From the NCBI GenBank assembly GCA_963514005.1, contig OY740785.1, positions 49,538,001-49,602,000 of the forward strand: a DNA stretch of 64,000 nucleotides. The letters run 5' to 3'. The stretch comes from Raja brachyura (taxonomy: Eukaryota). Made by a program: the position numbers and the translations under genes. The notes beneath the pieces were generated by a model that ran no database searches, was not told where the DNA came from, and saw only the letters and a list, made by a program, of their open reading frames with translations. Positions within the stretch are counted from its first letter, which is position 1. Every line of letters begins with the position of its first letter. This document shows, piece after piece, positions 49,995-63,476 of the stretch.

Positions 49995-50310
49995 TAGACA
50001 ATAGACAATAGATGCAGGAGTAGGCCATTCGGCCCTTCGAACCAGCACCGCCATTCAATGTGATCATGGCTGATCATCGACAATCAGTACCACGTTCCTG
50101 CCTTCTCCCCATCTCCCCTGACTCCGCTATCTTTAAGAGCCCTATCTACCTCTCTCTTGAAAGTATCCAGATAACCAGCCTCCACCGCCCACTGAGGCAG
50201 AGAATTCCACAGACTCACATCTCTCTGTGAGAAAAAGTGTTTCCTCGTCTCCATTCTAAATGACTTACCCCTTATTCTTAAACTGTGGCCCCTGGTTCTG
50301 GTTCTGTGGC
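49995..50310 (-). mobile_element. CR1 3' fragment
   Basis: RTRGHSLRIRGKSFRMETRKHFFSQR..WNSLPQ; tail read as tagacaa repeats on +. Confidence 0.9.
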
Positions 50311-50644
50311 CCATTCTGTCATATTACAATGTAAACACTAAGTGCAACAAATTAAATGTTTACTCTTTTCATAATGTCTTTGCAATATATTTTGGCATTT
50401 TTATAACTGATTGTTAGTGCCAAAAATGTGAACTAAACTGAAAAACACGCTTTTCTGTTGAAGGAAATGTTCAAAATTGCTACAATTAAATGAGCTGCAT
50501 TACATAATATCACAAAGAATTAAGAAAATCTGGCTTTGTGAGTTCACAGCATTTTTCTCGAGACAGGTAAGGGATTCAATGAAAAATGAAACATATCAAC
50601 GACTTTAAGGGAAATCTGTACACAAAAAAAATCGGTAGATTTGG

Positions 50645-50930
50645 TGCCTAACAGCGCCAGAGACCCGGGTCAATCCTGACTACGGGTGCTGTCTGTACGG
50701 AGTTTGTATGTTCTCTCTGTGACCCTGTGGGTTTTTTCCAGGTGTTTCAGTTTCCACTCACACTCCAAAGGCATACAGGTTTGTAGGTTAATATGCTTCG
50801 GTAAAAATTGTAAATTGTCCCTAGTGTGTGCAGAATAGTGCTAGTGGATGGGGATCACTGGTCAGCACGGACTCGGTGGGCCTGAGAGCCTGTTTCCGTG
50901 CTGTATCTCTAAACTTAAACCAAACCTTAA
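50645..50930 (+). mobile_element. HE1/V-SINE-type SINE (5'-clipped)
   Basis: acagcgccagagacccgggtcaatcctgactacgggtgctgtctgtacggagtttgta...gcctgtttccgtgctgtatctctaaacttaaacc. Confidence 0.88.
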
Positions 50931-53066
50931 CTTTTCTGTCTACCAATGATATGAGAGTAAACTTTCTGGCAAACACAGACAAGCTGGGCACTGGGTAAAA
51001 CATGATTTTATGAGATTTTAATCAGTTTACATTTGTTTTAATTTTGATGTTTGATGACAGAGGTCTGGATAATGTATTTTTTTAAATTATAAAGTCTAAT
51101 TAAATCTCAAAGCAATAAAATAGGATACTGATTTTTGTGAAACATCATTAATTATCGTAAGCAGTAATATTATTTGTTTTGCCTTTTGGTTTCTTGTTTC
51201 CATGATGTAAACATTGCTTATACTGTACTCATACTAAAAATAAGCATTCCAACAACGTGATTCCACTCTGCCATTGCTTGTCGTACCCCTTGTTTCCAAC
51301 TATGGTCACTGGAAATCCAGCTTTTGCTCAGAGCCTGCATGGAAATTGATGGTCGACAGAGAAGGGCAAAAGAGACGAGACAGCTGGTTCTGTCACCACC
51401 AAAAGGCCAGTGCAATGAAAGAGCTTCACTGTACTGAAACAACCCTCTCCCTTACACTAGCTTCTCTAGTAATCTGATTTGCCTGTCAACAGCTGCCCTT
51501 ATTTTCACATTCCTTTTGAAAAGGAATTATGGATTCTGTTATATTTTTTATTCCATTTCCAAATGGAGTCAAAGATCATAAATTGAATAGAATCAATTCT
51601 GAAGATAAACACTCTTAACTTTTGACTCTTGAGATAGTGGGGATTGTTTGCATTGGAAAATATCGCAATAGGTTTTTAAAAAAATGAATAAATATTTTGC
51701 AAGACCAATTGTGAGATCTAAGTGTCTCAATGAAAATGCAAAGTTATATTTTTAAGTTAATTAATTATTCTTCACTAATTAATCAGAATCAGAATCGGAA
51801 TGCCTTTTATTGTCACTACAACTTTACTTTACAACATTACACTATTATTTTACAATATATTGTATTATAAAACTAGGAATTGGCTTGTTCAGTAAATAAG
51901 GAAATAATAATATTAGAAAATAGACAGCACCAGATGCAATTTGACCAACCGAACCTATCACCTATTATTGTGCTAGATCTACATTATCAGGGACTCCATT
52001 TAATCTCATAGGGAAAGATTCCGATGACTTTTCTTCCTAGATACAAAGATAGTCAAATGTTCCAAGATTTTTTTAAATCCACACTCACATTTTCACAATT
52101 TAACCCTGGGCACGTTTCCACAGGTGACACTTCTGTCGTTCGATCAGCACATGAGCCACTATGTTTCATTGGATATGTGATCATGTTATTCTATATTTAT
52201 CCAGATTACCACATCACAAATGAGTAGAGCCATTTGTCCCATCTTAGCTCATCCTTCTAAAAAAAAAACAAGACTCCCCTCTGCATGTATGTCGCTGTTT
52301 TCCTGTCCTTTGACCTGATTGTTCCTTTCATACTTCATTGATTCTTATGTGAAAAATAACTTCCTTTGAAAATATTGAGCAAAAAGTGTTTGAGCCACAC
52401 ATGACCTTGAGTCTACCTTTGGAGTAATTCATTGTGAACCATTTAATAACATAAACTTCAATAAAGTCATTTTCAACATCCTGCTTTCAACGTTCAAAAT
52501 TCCACGCTTTTCCAGTTTTACTTCAAAATTCGATTTTTCAACACTGGTGATCCTTTTATAGATGCGTTTCTATGGTGGTTTCTGTCTCATGCCGAAAATT
52601 AGTCACAGTATCAAAATGTAATCTAGCCTAATTTTGCATGTGGCACTCTTTGACATTTTGATTTCTTATATTCCATACTCTGTTGACATGACATCTCTAA
52701 GTCAGTTTTCTAGTGATTATGTTAACTGCTGCTTCACAATATCTTAAATGCAGTATCTGACGTCATTAATAATTAGGTTCAATACTACTAGTACAACATA
52801 GGAACTTTGTTTTCCAGTAATATGCAGTATTTTATACTTATCGAATTACACCTTTCATATACGTTTCGAATTACACGTTTCATTGTCCATTAATTTATGT
52901 ATTTTATCTAACCTTCCTGTCTACCTTCCTGACCAAGGCTTCTCAGAGTACAGGGCAGTCTGAAACATTGTACTTTTCATTCCATTTATTATGAAGAATA
53001 TCAAGGAATTATAGATATTGAAACATCACCAGTCAGAAATGCATTGGAACATGTTACCCCTAAACA

Positions 53067-53335
53067 GAAGTTTAGGGATAACATGAGGAGGAACTTCTTT
53101 ACTCAGAGAGTAGTGGCTGTGTGGAATGAGCTTCCAGCAGAAGTGGTGGAGGCAGGATCGATTTTAACATTTAAAAGTAAAGTGGATAGGTATATGGATG
53201 GGAAGGGAATGGAGGAGTATGGTCTGAGTACAGGTAGATGGGGCTAGGGGAAAATAAACGGTCGGCACGGACTGGAAGGGCCGAGAGGGCCTGTTTCTGT
53301 GCTGTAATGGTTATATGGTTATATGGTTATATATG
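53067..53335 (+). mobile_element. CR1 3' fragment
   Basis: KFRDNMRRNFFTQRVVAVWNELPAEVVEAGS; tail (atggttat)n. Confidence 0.88.
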
Positions 53336-53689
53336 AAGGCTGGCGTGATTTGAATACTTTGAAAATGTTCAGCTTAGGAGAAACAGCTAGGAGCATGTCA
53401 GGTCTTACAAAGCCGATCTATTTTTTTTGAAGAGTTGACTAAAACAGTTGACAAGGAATGTCTGTGGAATTTATAGCGTCACAAAGCTGTACAGCATACC
53501 ACTCAGCCCACCGAATCTGTGAGAACCACTAAGAACAAATCCTATACTGATCCTATCTTATTTACCCCACATTCTCAATGACTATCTCCCATATTCTACC
53601 ACTCTCCCGCAGAGTAACAGCGACTTACCATTGTGGTAAGCGACTTAACTGTCAATTAAACCATTGACCTGCACGTTATTGAAACATAC

Positions 53690-54065
53690 AGAACAGTGAA
53701 AGGCTTGGATAGAGTGGATGTGGAGAGGATGTTTCCACTAGTGTGAGAGTCTAGGACTGGAGGCCATAGCCTCAGAATTAAAGGACATTCTTCTAGGAAG
53801 GAGATGAGGAGGAATTTCTTTAGTCAGAGGGTTGTGAATCTGTGGAATTCTTTGCCACAGAAAGCTGTGGAGGCCAAGTCAATAGATATATTTAAGGCAG
53901 AGAAAGATAGATTTTTGATTAGTACGGGTGTCAAAGGTTATGGGGAGAAGTCAGGAGAATGGGGATAGGAGGGAGAAATAGATCAGCCATGATTGATTGG
54001 CAGAGTAGACTTGATGGGCTGAATGGCCTAATTCTGCTCCTATCACATATGACCTTCTGATCTTA
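53690..54065 (+). mobile_element. CR1 3' fragment inserted into a degraded antisense V-SINE (~53480-54230)
   Basis: gtgaaaggcttggatagagtggatgtggagagg...gaatggcctaattctgctcc, near-copy of 10015-10385; SINE halves on both sides. Confidence 0.85.
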
Positions 54066-55091
54066 AGATCTTCTTTGGAGTGTGAGAGAAAACCTGAGCA
54101 TCTGAAGGAAACCTATGTGGTCACAGGTAGAATGTGAAAATTACGCACACAGCACTCGAGGTCAGCATTGAGTCCAATTTGCTGAAACTGTGAGACAGTG
54201 GCTCAACTAATAAATGCCACTGTGCCACAAAGCATGACTTCAAATAAAATATTTGATTAACTCCAAATTAGAGACTGGTAGTTCATGTTGAAAATCGGGC
54301 AATTAAATTGAGATTATTGACATGCTTCGGAAATTGCTATAGTACCAGGAGACAGGTATAGGGATGACAGGCATGTAGGTAGAATATGATCACAGGTTTG
54401 GTGCATTGTGAACCCAATAATCTACTACATACACAAACAACTAAGATGATGGAAAAGGAGATATCATATCCAAGTTTGTTAATGATACAATGATTGTTGG
54501 CAAGATAAACAGTGTCAGGCAAAACATTACATTGCAAACACCATAGATTAAGCAAATGGTAAAAGAACAAGTCAAGTACAATTTAAGGTACACATGCATT
54601 AGATCATTGGAACCAAGCACATTTGGTCACTTTGGAAACAAAATAAACCTGACAGTACACTTTCAATGAAACACTGTCACAAATGTAAATTACAAAAGCA
54701 AACTTTTTTTTTAACAAATTAGAAAATACCAGAGATGGTTGATCAAGCTGCATCTATGGATGGGGAACATTTCTAATTGATGAATATAATCAGGCAGAAA
54801 AGTTTAAAGCTTCTCTCTTCATGGATGTATCCTGACTCATTATATATTTCCAGCATTTTTCACTTTTAAGTTTAGAAAAAGAGTTTGGAGTCGGTATGCA
54901 TCTATTAATGAAGTGCCATGAACAAGCCAAATGGATTGTGTTTTTAAATCTAAAGGTTCAGAATTAAGAAAGTAGAATCATGTTACAGCTATGCAAAGCG
55001 CTGGGTAGAACACAACTAGTATGCTGTAATCAGTGTAGGAAAGAACTGCAGATGCTGGTTTAAATCAAAGGTAGACACAAAATGCTGGAGT

Positions 55092-55229
55092 CTTCTTCTT
55101 GCGTCTGGCGTGCACAGCCTAAAGTTGGAGGACAACTTGTTCTATTTGATCTTATTTGATTGTGCATGCCAGGTTGATTGTATTCGTCGAAACAGGGCGG
55201 ACCACGTGAAGGTTGCAATCTCCCACCCC
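55092..55229 (-). mobile_element. ~138-bp non-autonomous retroposon with (AAG)n tail and ~11-bp TSD (Ingi/Vingi- or RTE-type by inference)
   Basis: Flanked by aatgctggagt (55081-55091) and aatgctggatt (55230-55240); minus strand ends ..gctgtgcacgccagacgcaagaagaag. Confidence 0.85.
55176..55229 (-). ncRNA. Minimal HDV-like (CPEB3-type) self-cleaving ribozyme fold
   Basis: GGGGUGG GA GAUUGCA ACC UUCACGU GGU CCGCCCU G UUUCGA C GAA UACAAUC: P1 7 bp with G1-U wobble, P2 6/7, P3 ACC/GGU, L3 UUCACGU, catalytic-position C followed by GAA. Confidence 0.8.
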
Positions 55230-56978
55230 AATGCTGGATTAACTCAGCAGGACAGGCAGCATCTCTGGATAGAAGGTATGTGTGACATCTCGATTCCTTC
55301 ACTCCAGAGATGCTGCCTGTCCCGCTGAGTTACTCCAGCATTTTGTGTCTGCCATGCTGTAGTAAGTTCTGGACTCCAGAACAAAAAAAAATATTGACCT
55401 TGAGGGGAGTGCAGCACGTGATAATACTAGGACTGGCAGAATGAAGTAACAAGGAGCAACAACAGAACCTGCGATACAGTGGTTAAATACAATAAATGTG
55501 GTTCCAATGAAGGGTAATGACCCGAAACATTAACTCTTTCACTATCCACAAATGTGTGTCATAATTTTCTGTTTTTATATTATATGTGGTCCCTAAGCTT
55601 TGTAAGCAGTTGTCAGTTGAAAATAAACAGTTAAAAGAATTGTGCAATATTCTGGATTTTAAACAGGCTCCTAATATTTATATGTTCCTCGATTTAAAAA
55701 CTGCAACCTGTTTAACTTCAAGGCAACAGTGTAAAAATTATAGCTGATCCTTTATGACTGAAATTAGGAAATATTTCTATGTGCAGAGCTGTGGCACTTG
55801 GAACTTTTTTCTATGAATGGTAATTGATGCCTGGTATGTTGATCATTTTAAATCTGAGAATAAATCTTATTGAATAGCAATGTAGGCTTGAGGAGCATGT
55901 TGGCTGTTCTTGAAGTCTTATGTCCTGATGATTTCATTTGCAGACAAGCAATTGAATAAACCAGTTCATTCTGTTAAGTCCAAAAAAATGACTTGTGGTT
56001 GGGTTATGTTTTCTCTTCTCATGTATTCTGTCTCTGTTTTACAATTTTCCTGGCTAGGGGTCAGTTCTCAAACAGAGCTGTGAAATTCCACACCATTATC
56101 AGCATTGCTGCTGCACAAAAATGTCATAAAATATTTTTAGAAAAAATCGCTTATACAGAAAAGTTTTTTTAAAACTCTGAACAGAAAACGTTTCATTGGG
56201 CTTTTTGACATCAGATCATAATTCCCAAATTCACAGAAGTTATTTTGGTCTCCTCCATTTCCACCAACCAAATCTCAATTGTGCTCAGTTTCTACCTAAA
56301 ATAGCATTGGGATACTGAAACCCCATTGTAATACTGCAAAATACAAGGGCAGTTCAGAACCAGGTAACAAGGTGCACTTTGAAAGCAATAGCTGACACTG
56401 CTGAAAGTGAAAAGCTGCCTGTGCAAATCACAAAAACTTTGATAACTGATTGAACTGGGAAGGAGCTTTCTTCTGTGGTGCTATATGACTGGTTTGGTAG
56501 TGCCGCAAGTAAGAATTTCATTGTTCTGTTTCGGGACATGAGACAATAAAACACCCTTGACTCTGTTGACTAAGCATATTTGCTTTCAATTTTAGATGTC
56601 TAACATTTGAACATTTCCCCTTAGGTCAATTGGTACAACAAGTGGGAGATGCACGAAATTTGTCAAATTAGAAAAGACTAAAGAGAATTTGGATGAAATA
56701 AAATGCATTCAATTTCAAATAATTAAGAAATGAAACAAGCAAAATTAAGAAATCAAATATCAGCTAGGCTCTTCCCATTTCAAATAATTTCTAAATCCCT
56801 TCCTTCTTGCGGTGGCATTTTCGATCTTAATGCCTACATCATAGCAGTTTACTAACATTTGGTTGGTGATAATATTATTAATGTTGATCCTCGATCATTT
56901 GTTAAATTTGAAAGATTCAATGTTTGTTTGGATAAAGAACACGCAGATACAACTTTGATACATATATTATATGTATCA

Positions 56979-57113
56979 GCTGAGATCGCCTCTAACTGGG
57001 AATTCCTGCTTCATGCAGGTAACTAAACACAGTTTTGGAAGCTCATTGTGAGGAACACAGAACATTAAACATTTGGCCCACAATGTCTATGTTGACCATG
57101 ACGTTAATTTATA
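56979..57113 (+). repeat. Dispersed local duplication, copy of 58082-58216
   Basis: gctgagatcgcctctaact..gttgaccatgac occurs twice 1.1 kb apart with 3 substitutions in ~124 bp. Confidence 0.92.
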
Positions 57114-60100
57114 TATATATATATATCTGCTGATGGCTTTACTAGGGATCAAAAGTTTTTGCCCGAAATAGGATATGGTGACAGTCAAATGTTCTTCAAG
57201 GGATTGGGCAGCTGGCCAAAGCACATTTGAGATGGAGGAATTTCCTGGTTCTGTGGCAGGGCAATGTTCCTATCTTGTTTTAACCCTCCCTCCATCCAAA
57301 CCTACCTCTATGCAGTTGGAGAAACCACACCACTGTCACATTAAACTAACAAGGAGGATGTGCCTCCCACTTAGCTGATATTTGTGCAGCAGTCAAAAGT
57401 TCATGCCTGCCAGCTGTCTGCAAGCTTGCCCCAAGATTTCTGGAATGGCTGAAATATGTACAACTGCAATTTACCTTGCTGTGTTATTTCTTTAATAACC
57501 ATTAAACATTCAAAGAATATAGCATGTGTGTGCCACAATTCATGTTATCTGTGTTTACTAGCTTCGTGCCTTCATCTGGATGCTCCAGTGTTCCTCCACC
57601 ATTCCACCTCGCAATGCATTCCCATCACAATTCCCCGCAGGAGCCTGATATAAGTCACCACTGAAATTCATAAAAGTGCCAGACACACTCGGCAGGTCAG
57701 ACAGCATAGTGGAGATAGAAAAAGAGTAAATGTATCATGTCAAAGATACACACAAGGTGCTGGAGTAACTCAGCGGGTCAGGCAGCATCTCTGCAGAAAA
57801 AGGCTAGATGACGTTTTGGGATGGGACCCTTGTTATTGACTTGAATTAGTAACTGTTTCATCTTCTCGAGTTGTTGCTTTACCTGCTGGCTTCTTCCAGA
57901 GTTTCCTGGGTTTTCTTTATATCAGATTTCCAGCATCTGCTGTTTTTTTACTTTTGACAAAACACAAGGGATCTATTTTTACTAAATTCCGTCCAATTCT
58001 GCTGTGTTTTAGTTTACCAGGGGAAGAAAACTTTGACCAATTCCGAAGGTGGTCATGGAGAAGGCTGCAGCAACGCTGCGGGCTGAGATCGCCTCTAACT
58101 TGGAATTCCTGCTGCATGCAGGTAATTAAACACAGTTTTGGAAGCTCATTGTGAGGAACACAGAACATTAAACATTTGGCCCACAATGTCTATGTTGACC
58201 ATGACCTCAATTTATACTGCACATCTGCCTGGAAATTGCCGCTATCCTGCCTGTTCATTTAGCACAGTGTGCTGGTCTCCTGGAGATTTCTAGTGGACTC
58301 CATTGAGGCAAGAAAAATGAATTGATGCCTTTAAGCAAAAAAAGTAAGTTTTTAACAAACTGAATCTGCACCCTAACCACCCCATTGCTAAGGAAGAGGA
58401 ATGGAGGTGGTGGTCACAACAGCATTGCGTAATCCCTTAATTACAGATATCTGTTCATCTAGCTCCATCAAGCATGCAGATATCAGACAACTGCTCTGAT
58501 AGTATGGACATCTACTGTTTTGATAAAACGTAAATGTAATTTTCCAGAATCGGCAGTTCTGATGGGATGATATTGCTTGTCACCAGATTTCTTACAGCAG
58601 CCAATTTACAACAGCGCTGACCCCGTGCCACAGACTGTATTGGAAGGAACATTGAGTTTCCTTAGTATATTATTTTCAGTCAATGTAAATTAACAGATAT
58701 AACATCTGACTCAACACTCAGATTTCCCATTGAGTGCCAGGAGTTCCAAAACATGGATTCAGACCTGTTAGTAACACCTCTCATTAAATAAACCCATTCT
58801 AGTCCATCATCTCCTCTTTATACATTGTGAAAGAATTTAATGTGACTTGCTGTGGAATGAGTGTGATCTGGGAATGTATCGTTTGTCTAATGTTACCAAA
58901 GGCATCCTCATTTATTAGCACCAGATGAGTCTCAGCCAGCCAGTGTAAACAAGATCATCCTTTGGGCAGTACGCAGAGGCCTCAATGTTTCCATTTCCAT
59001 TTTCATTTCTGGCACACAAACAGAAATAACATTCAGATTACCATTCAGATTCTCTTCGCTCCCTTCTCAGCTATTCCAATTGGTATCCATATCATTCCAT
59101 ATATCTTTACTAAGTGCAATAAGATGCACCGCTAACAATTCACTGCCATTGACATCATGCAGCTCAGTTGCAGAAATGGCAGAAAATAAGCAAAGAAGGA
59201 AACGTTAATTACTATTCAAATATATACCGCCCAAAACCTTCCTATTGCATTCCCTCTTCTTCCACTTTCAGGAATTTCGCTAAATCTTTGGTTATCTGTT
59301 CCAATATACCCTTACTTGACATGGTATCTTTTGTTGTTGATTAGTAACGACCCTGTGAAGTGGAGTGCTATATTGAAAACTTTGTATAATCGGAATTTTT
59401 TTGATATTGTTTTGCCTACCTTGGCTAAACACCAAACTCTTGCAAATCATCGAACTATTTTCTGATGAAGCATTAGCGGTAACTATTGATACATTATTGG
59501 TGACTGCACATTTTCCTGATGCGAAGTAAATGTAAAAATGCTGTTGAAAAGTGGATGCAGTGTTTATTTCAGGACGGTGAAATTGGTTAAGTCCTCCTCA
59601 ATCCTCCTCTTCAAAATTAGTTAATAATGAGCAGAGTATGTATGGCAGATGCATTGCCCATTTATATGTGAAAACTCTAATGGGGCTATATTGATGTCCC
59701 TGGACCTATCTTCACCAAATACCTGTCACAGTTCTGCTAGGAGCTTACTTCAGCCTTGATCCAAACAAAAAGGAGAGCTGAACTCCAAAGGCAAGGTAAA
59801 AGGAATCACGCTTGTCATTAAAACAGCATTTGACTGAGTACATTCATCAGATTGGCTGTAGCAGTTCAACAAGGCATCTCTCCACCACTGCCTCAAAACC
59901 TATTCGTCCCTTTGTCGGGAAAACAAAATATGATGAATTACGGAATCAAATAAAATACACCCCTGATTTACATGTGGTGTAAAAACTTCACTCTTACATC
60001 ATCTCAATCAGATTATTTTTTTAAAGAATGTTGAATGTTTTATTATAATCAATATAAAAGCTGATATTTTCACAAATTAACTGTAATAGATAACAAAGGA

Positions 60101-61099
60101 AGCAAATATGAATAGTTTCATGTTCCACAGATATGTTTGCCTCTTTTAAAGACTTTCACGATTGACATGAAATTGCAGTTTAAAAAGCAATGAATCAGGA
60201 ATAGATTTTATAATAGATAAAATGATTCCCAATAATGCTGCTTTTCTTTTTCATCATTGTTAGATTATAAGCAAAGCAATCCCAAACTAAATACAGACAC
60301 TTTCACATACCATAGTATACCCTTGGTGCTGTTCAGTAATTGTATCCTGTGATAATTTCTTCATCTGCTGCAATCAGTACAGGAAGACAGGTGACTCCCA
60401 CAAGCCTGAACAGACCTGCTCTGTTCTAAGCTTTGCTCAGGCACTTCCACGGATTTTATTCAGTTGCTGCAGTCATTTCTTTGCACAATGATAATACTCA
60501 ACCCAATATCAGCTGTGTTAAACTTTTTTCCCTTTCTAATCTTTCACAGAAAACTATCTTGCATCTCTAACCAAATAAGCAGCAGCTTGATTGGATGTTG
60601 ATAATTGTCAGCCTTGGCACAGTAACATATCTTTCTCTGATGCAGCAGTCTCACCCCAGGAACCTATAGAGCCAAGCTTGATCAGAAGAAATAAATATTA
60701 ACAAATGTCTGTCATTAGATTTTATCTCCTGAGCTTCCAGTTTGAATTTCATTTTGGAGTCACGTGAGTAACTTCGTGAAGAACCCGCCAGCACGCATGC
60801 GCGACATATCGTCACAACGTATTGCTGCCGATGGCTGGAGGTGGAGCGCGGCTCCCCACCAGCCCTTCAGAGGGCCGACTCAGGTAAGGCTAAGCCCCCT
60901 AGGGTTGGTGTTTCCTGTTGTGGGGACTGTTTTCTCTCCTAACAGGAACGTGGAAGGATTCCAGGAACATTGTGAATGGGTGAGGCCGCCTCAGATCGGA
61001 CTGCTGCGGCAGTCACCGGCGGCTCCAATACTTTGGAGTCGGGAAGCCCGTTGACCCAGGAGGGTCCAGGGTCACACTCTCGCCGGCGGAGGACGGCAG

Positions 61100-61620
61100 A
61101 GGGGGTGCCCGACTCCACACCGCAGCCCACAGGGGACACCACAGGCTGGCGGCACGCACAGGAGTGGGGCTTGCCGGCTCGCCGTCAAAAGACCGGTAGC
61201 CCCGACTTTGCGCTACAGCCCGCGGGGGACACCGCAGGCTGGCGGCATGCAGCGGAGTGGGGCTTGTCGGCTCGCCGTCAAAAGGTTCAACGGCAGAGCG
61301 GCAGCCCCGACTTTCCACCACAGCCCGCGGGGGACACCGCGGGCTGCCGGTGTGCATGCAGGAGTGGGGCTTGCAGGCTCGCCGTTCAAAGTTAGGAGCG
61401 GCAGAGCGGCAGCCCCGACTCTACACCACAGCCCGCGGGGGTGATACTGCGGGCTGACGGTGTGCACGTGGAGTAGGGGTTGCAGTGCTTGCCATGGGCA
61501 GCAGCCCCGGCTCTACACCGCAGCCCGCAGGGGTCTCTGCGGGTTGCTGGCATTTAGGAAGGAGCAGGCTTGCATACAAAGGCAGCCTGACTCCACACTG
61601 CAGCTGCAGGGATACTGTGG
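61100..61620 (+). repeat. GC-rich tandem array, ~6 diverged units of ~80-105 bp
   Basis: Recurring cccgact(c/t)cacaccgcagcccgcgggggacaccgc..ggagtggggcttg. Confidence 0.85.
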
Positions 61621-62210
61621 CCTGTCTACATTAAAGTGCCTTGCTACTGCAGGGTATGCATTTCTTCAAGAAGTTGAGACTGCCAGCACATAGAAGTTAT
61701 TAAAACATGAGAGGCTGGTCACCATACTTCTTAAAGACCCTCAGGTAAGAGACTAACCTTGAATAGCTAAACGTCTGTATGAGAGTTTGCTTACAGATGG
61801 ATGGAGACCAGAATGAAGGCACCACAGCAGGTCTCCTAGGGCCGTGCGACTTCAGATGGAAATCAGCAGCCACCATTCCAGAAGAACGCGGAGGTCGGGG
61901 AGCCCTGCGTAGCCAGGACCCGTCTCTCCACCACAGCTGACCATGGGGCCACAAAATGGTGGAGCACCGCGCGGGAGCAGGGTAGGCCTGACTCCCTACC
62001 ACTGTCACCTAAGCATAGTGACAGTGGGGCAAAGGTGCGTAACATGTGACCCGCTCGGTGGCTTGTTTGTTTCCCCTACTATGCAGGTACCAGAGCAGGG
62101 GGAGAGCTGCGCACAGGTCATGCCCCGCAGCAGCAGGAGGCATCGACATACCACCGGGGGTAACCTGCTAGATTGCGGGCCGGTGATGGATCTGCTGGAA
62201 GTCGGGGAGC

Positions 62211-63050
62211 CCTGCAGGAGCAGGAGGTACCGGTGTTCCACCGGAACAGGCTGCCGGAGCGCAGACCGGTGGCAGCAGTTTACGGCCAGGCATCCCCGTT
62301 GCTACGGGTAAAGCCGGCTATGCGCCCTCACGAACCCGTGTGGTTAAGAGTGACGGCAGGCCTGCACGGACAGCGGAGCTGGTAATGGGGACCGGTACCG
62401 ATCCTTCCCTCTGCCTTCCCATCAGGCAGAGGTGCCGCTTAGGTCCGAACGACGGCGGACTAGCGGTATGTCCGTGCAGGAGTCGTACAGCCTGCGGGAG
62501 CAGGAGGTACCGGCACTGCACCGGAACAGGCTGCCGGAGCGCAGACCGGTGCCAGCAGCATACGGTTAGGCGATCCCGTTGCTACGGGTAAAGCCAGCCA
62601 AGCACCGTCACAGACCCCTGGGGGTGAGAGTGACGGTGTGCCTGCACGGACCACGGAGCCGGTATTGGGGACCGGTACCGATCCTTCCCTCTGCCTTCCC
62701 ACCAGGCAGAGGTGCCGCTTAGGTCCGAACGACGGCGGACTAGCGGTATGTCCGTGCAGGAGTCGTACAGCCTGCAGGAGCAGGAGGTACCGGCACTGCA
62801 CCAGAACAGGCTGCCGGAGCGCAGACCGGTGGCAGCAGAATACGGTTAGGCGATCCCGTTGCTGCAGGTAAAGCCAGCCAAGCGCCGTCACAGACCCTCG
62901 GGGTGAGAGTGACGGTGTGCCTGCACGGACTACGGAGCCGGTATTGGGGACCGGTTCCAACTCCTTTCCTCTGCCTGCTCGTCAGGTAGAGAGGCCGCTA
63001 AGATCCGAGAGACACCGGGCTAGCGGGTTGTCCGTGCGGAAGTCGAGTGC
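62211..63050 (+). repeat. GC-rich tandem array, 3 units of 280 bp
   Basis: cctgc(a/g)ggagcaggaggtaccgg starts at 62211, 62491 and 62771. Confidence 0.9.
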
Positions 63051-63476
63051 TGACGAGTACCTGTCAGCCACTTCGTAGAGGTGTGACCTACTGGCAGAAG
63101 CCCCAGCGACTCATCAGGGCCTGGGGAAGTCGACCTGTTGTCCGTGTGTAGCGGCAGCGGTCGCATGGCCAGGATGGAGCTAATGGTGAAAGAGTCACTC
63201 GGGTGGAGCTCCCACCACGGTCGCCGAGTCCCCCATGGATGGGAGGACGAGACCATGCGTCGGCAAGGTCCACGATGTGGGCAGCCGGCAAGCCCGCGCG
63301 GGCGTCGGGTCACCGTGCTGAGGCATTGGGTGCCGACTCCCCGCCGCGTTTGCCCTCCGTGGCAGCGGCATTAGGCTCCGCCAAACGAAGGCGTTCGAAC
63401 TCCCGCGCGGGAATCGCTCAGCTTTGCTGCGGCGGCTGGCAGCGACAACTTCCGGCACCGGATTCACCTCGACGAG

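Larger units (their letters stand above)
55035..55352. mobile_element. Penelope pLTR-derived palindromic element hosting a nested insertion
   Basis: gtaggaaagaactgcagatgctgg..gacacaaaatgctgga|insert|..aactcagcaggacaggcagcatctctgga / tccagagatgctgcctgtcccgctgagttactccagcattttgtgtct. Confidence 0.85.

Noticed and set aside
61100-63050. Repeat arrays as a CRISPR-like locus
   Set aside because: Units are contiguous with no unique spacers, there are no cas genes, and the context is eukaryotic.
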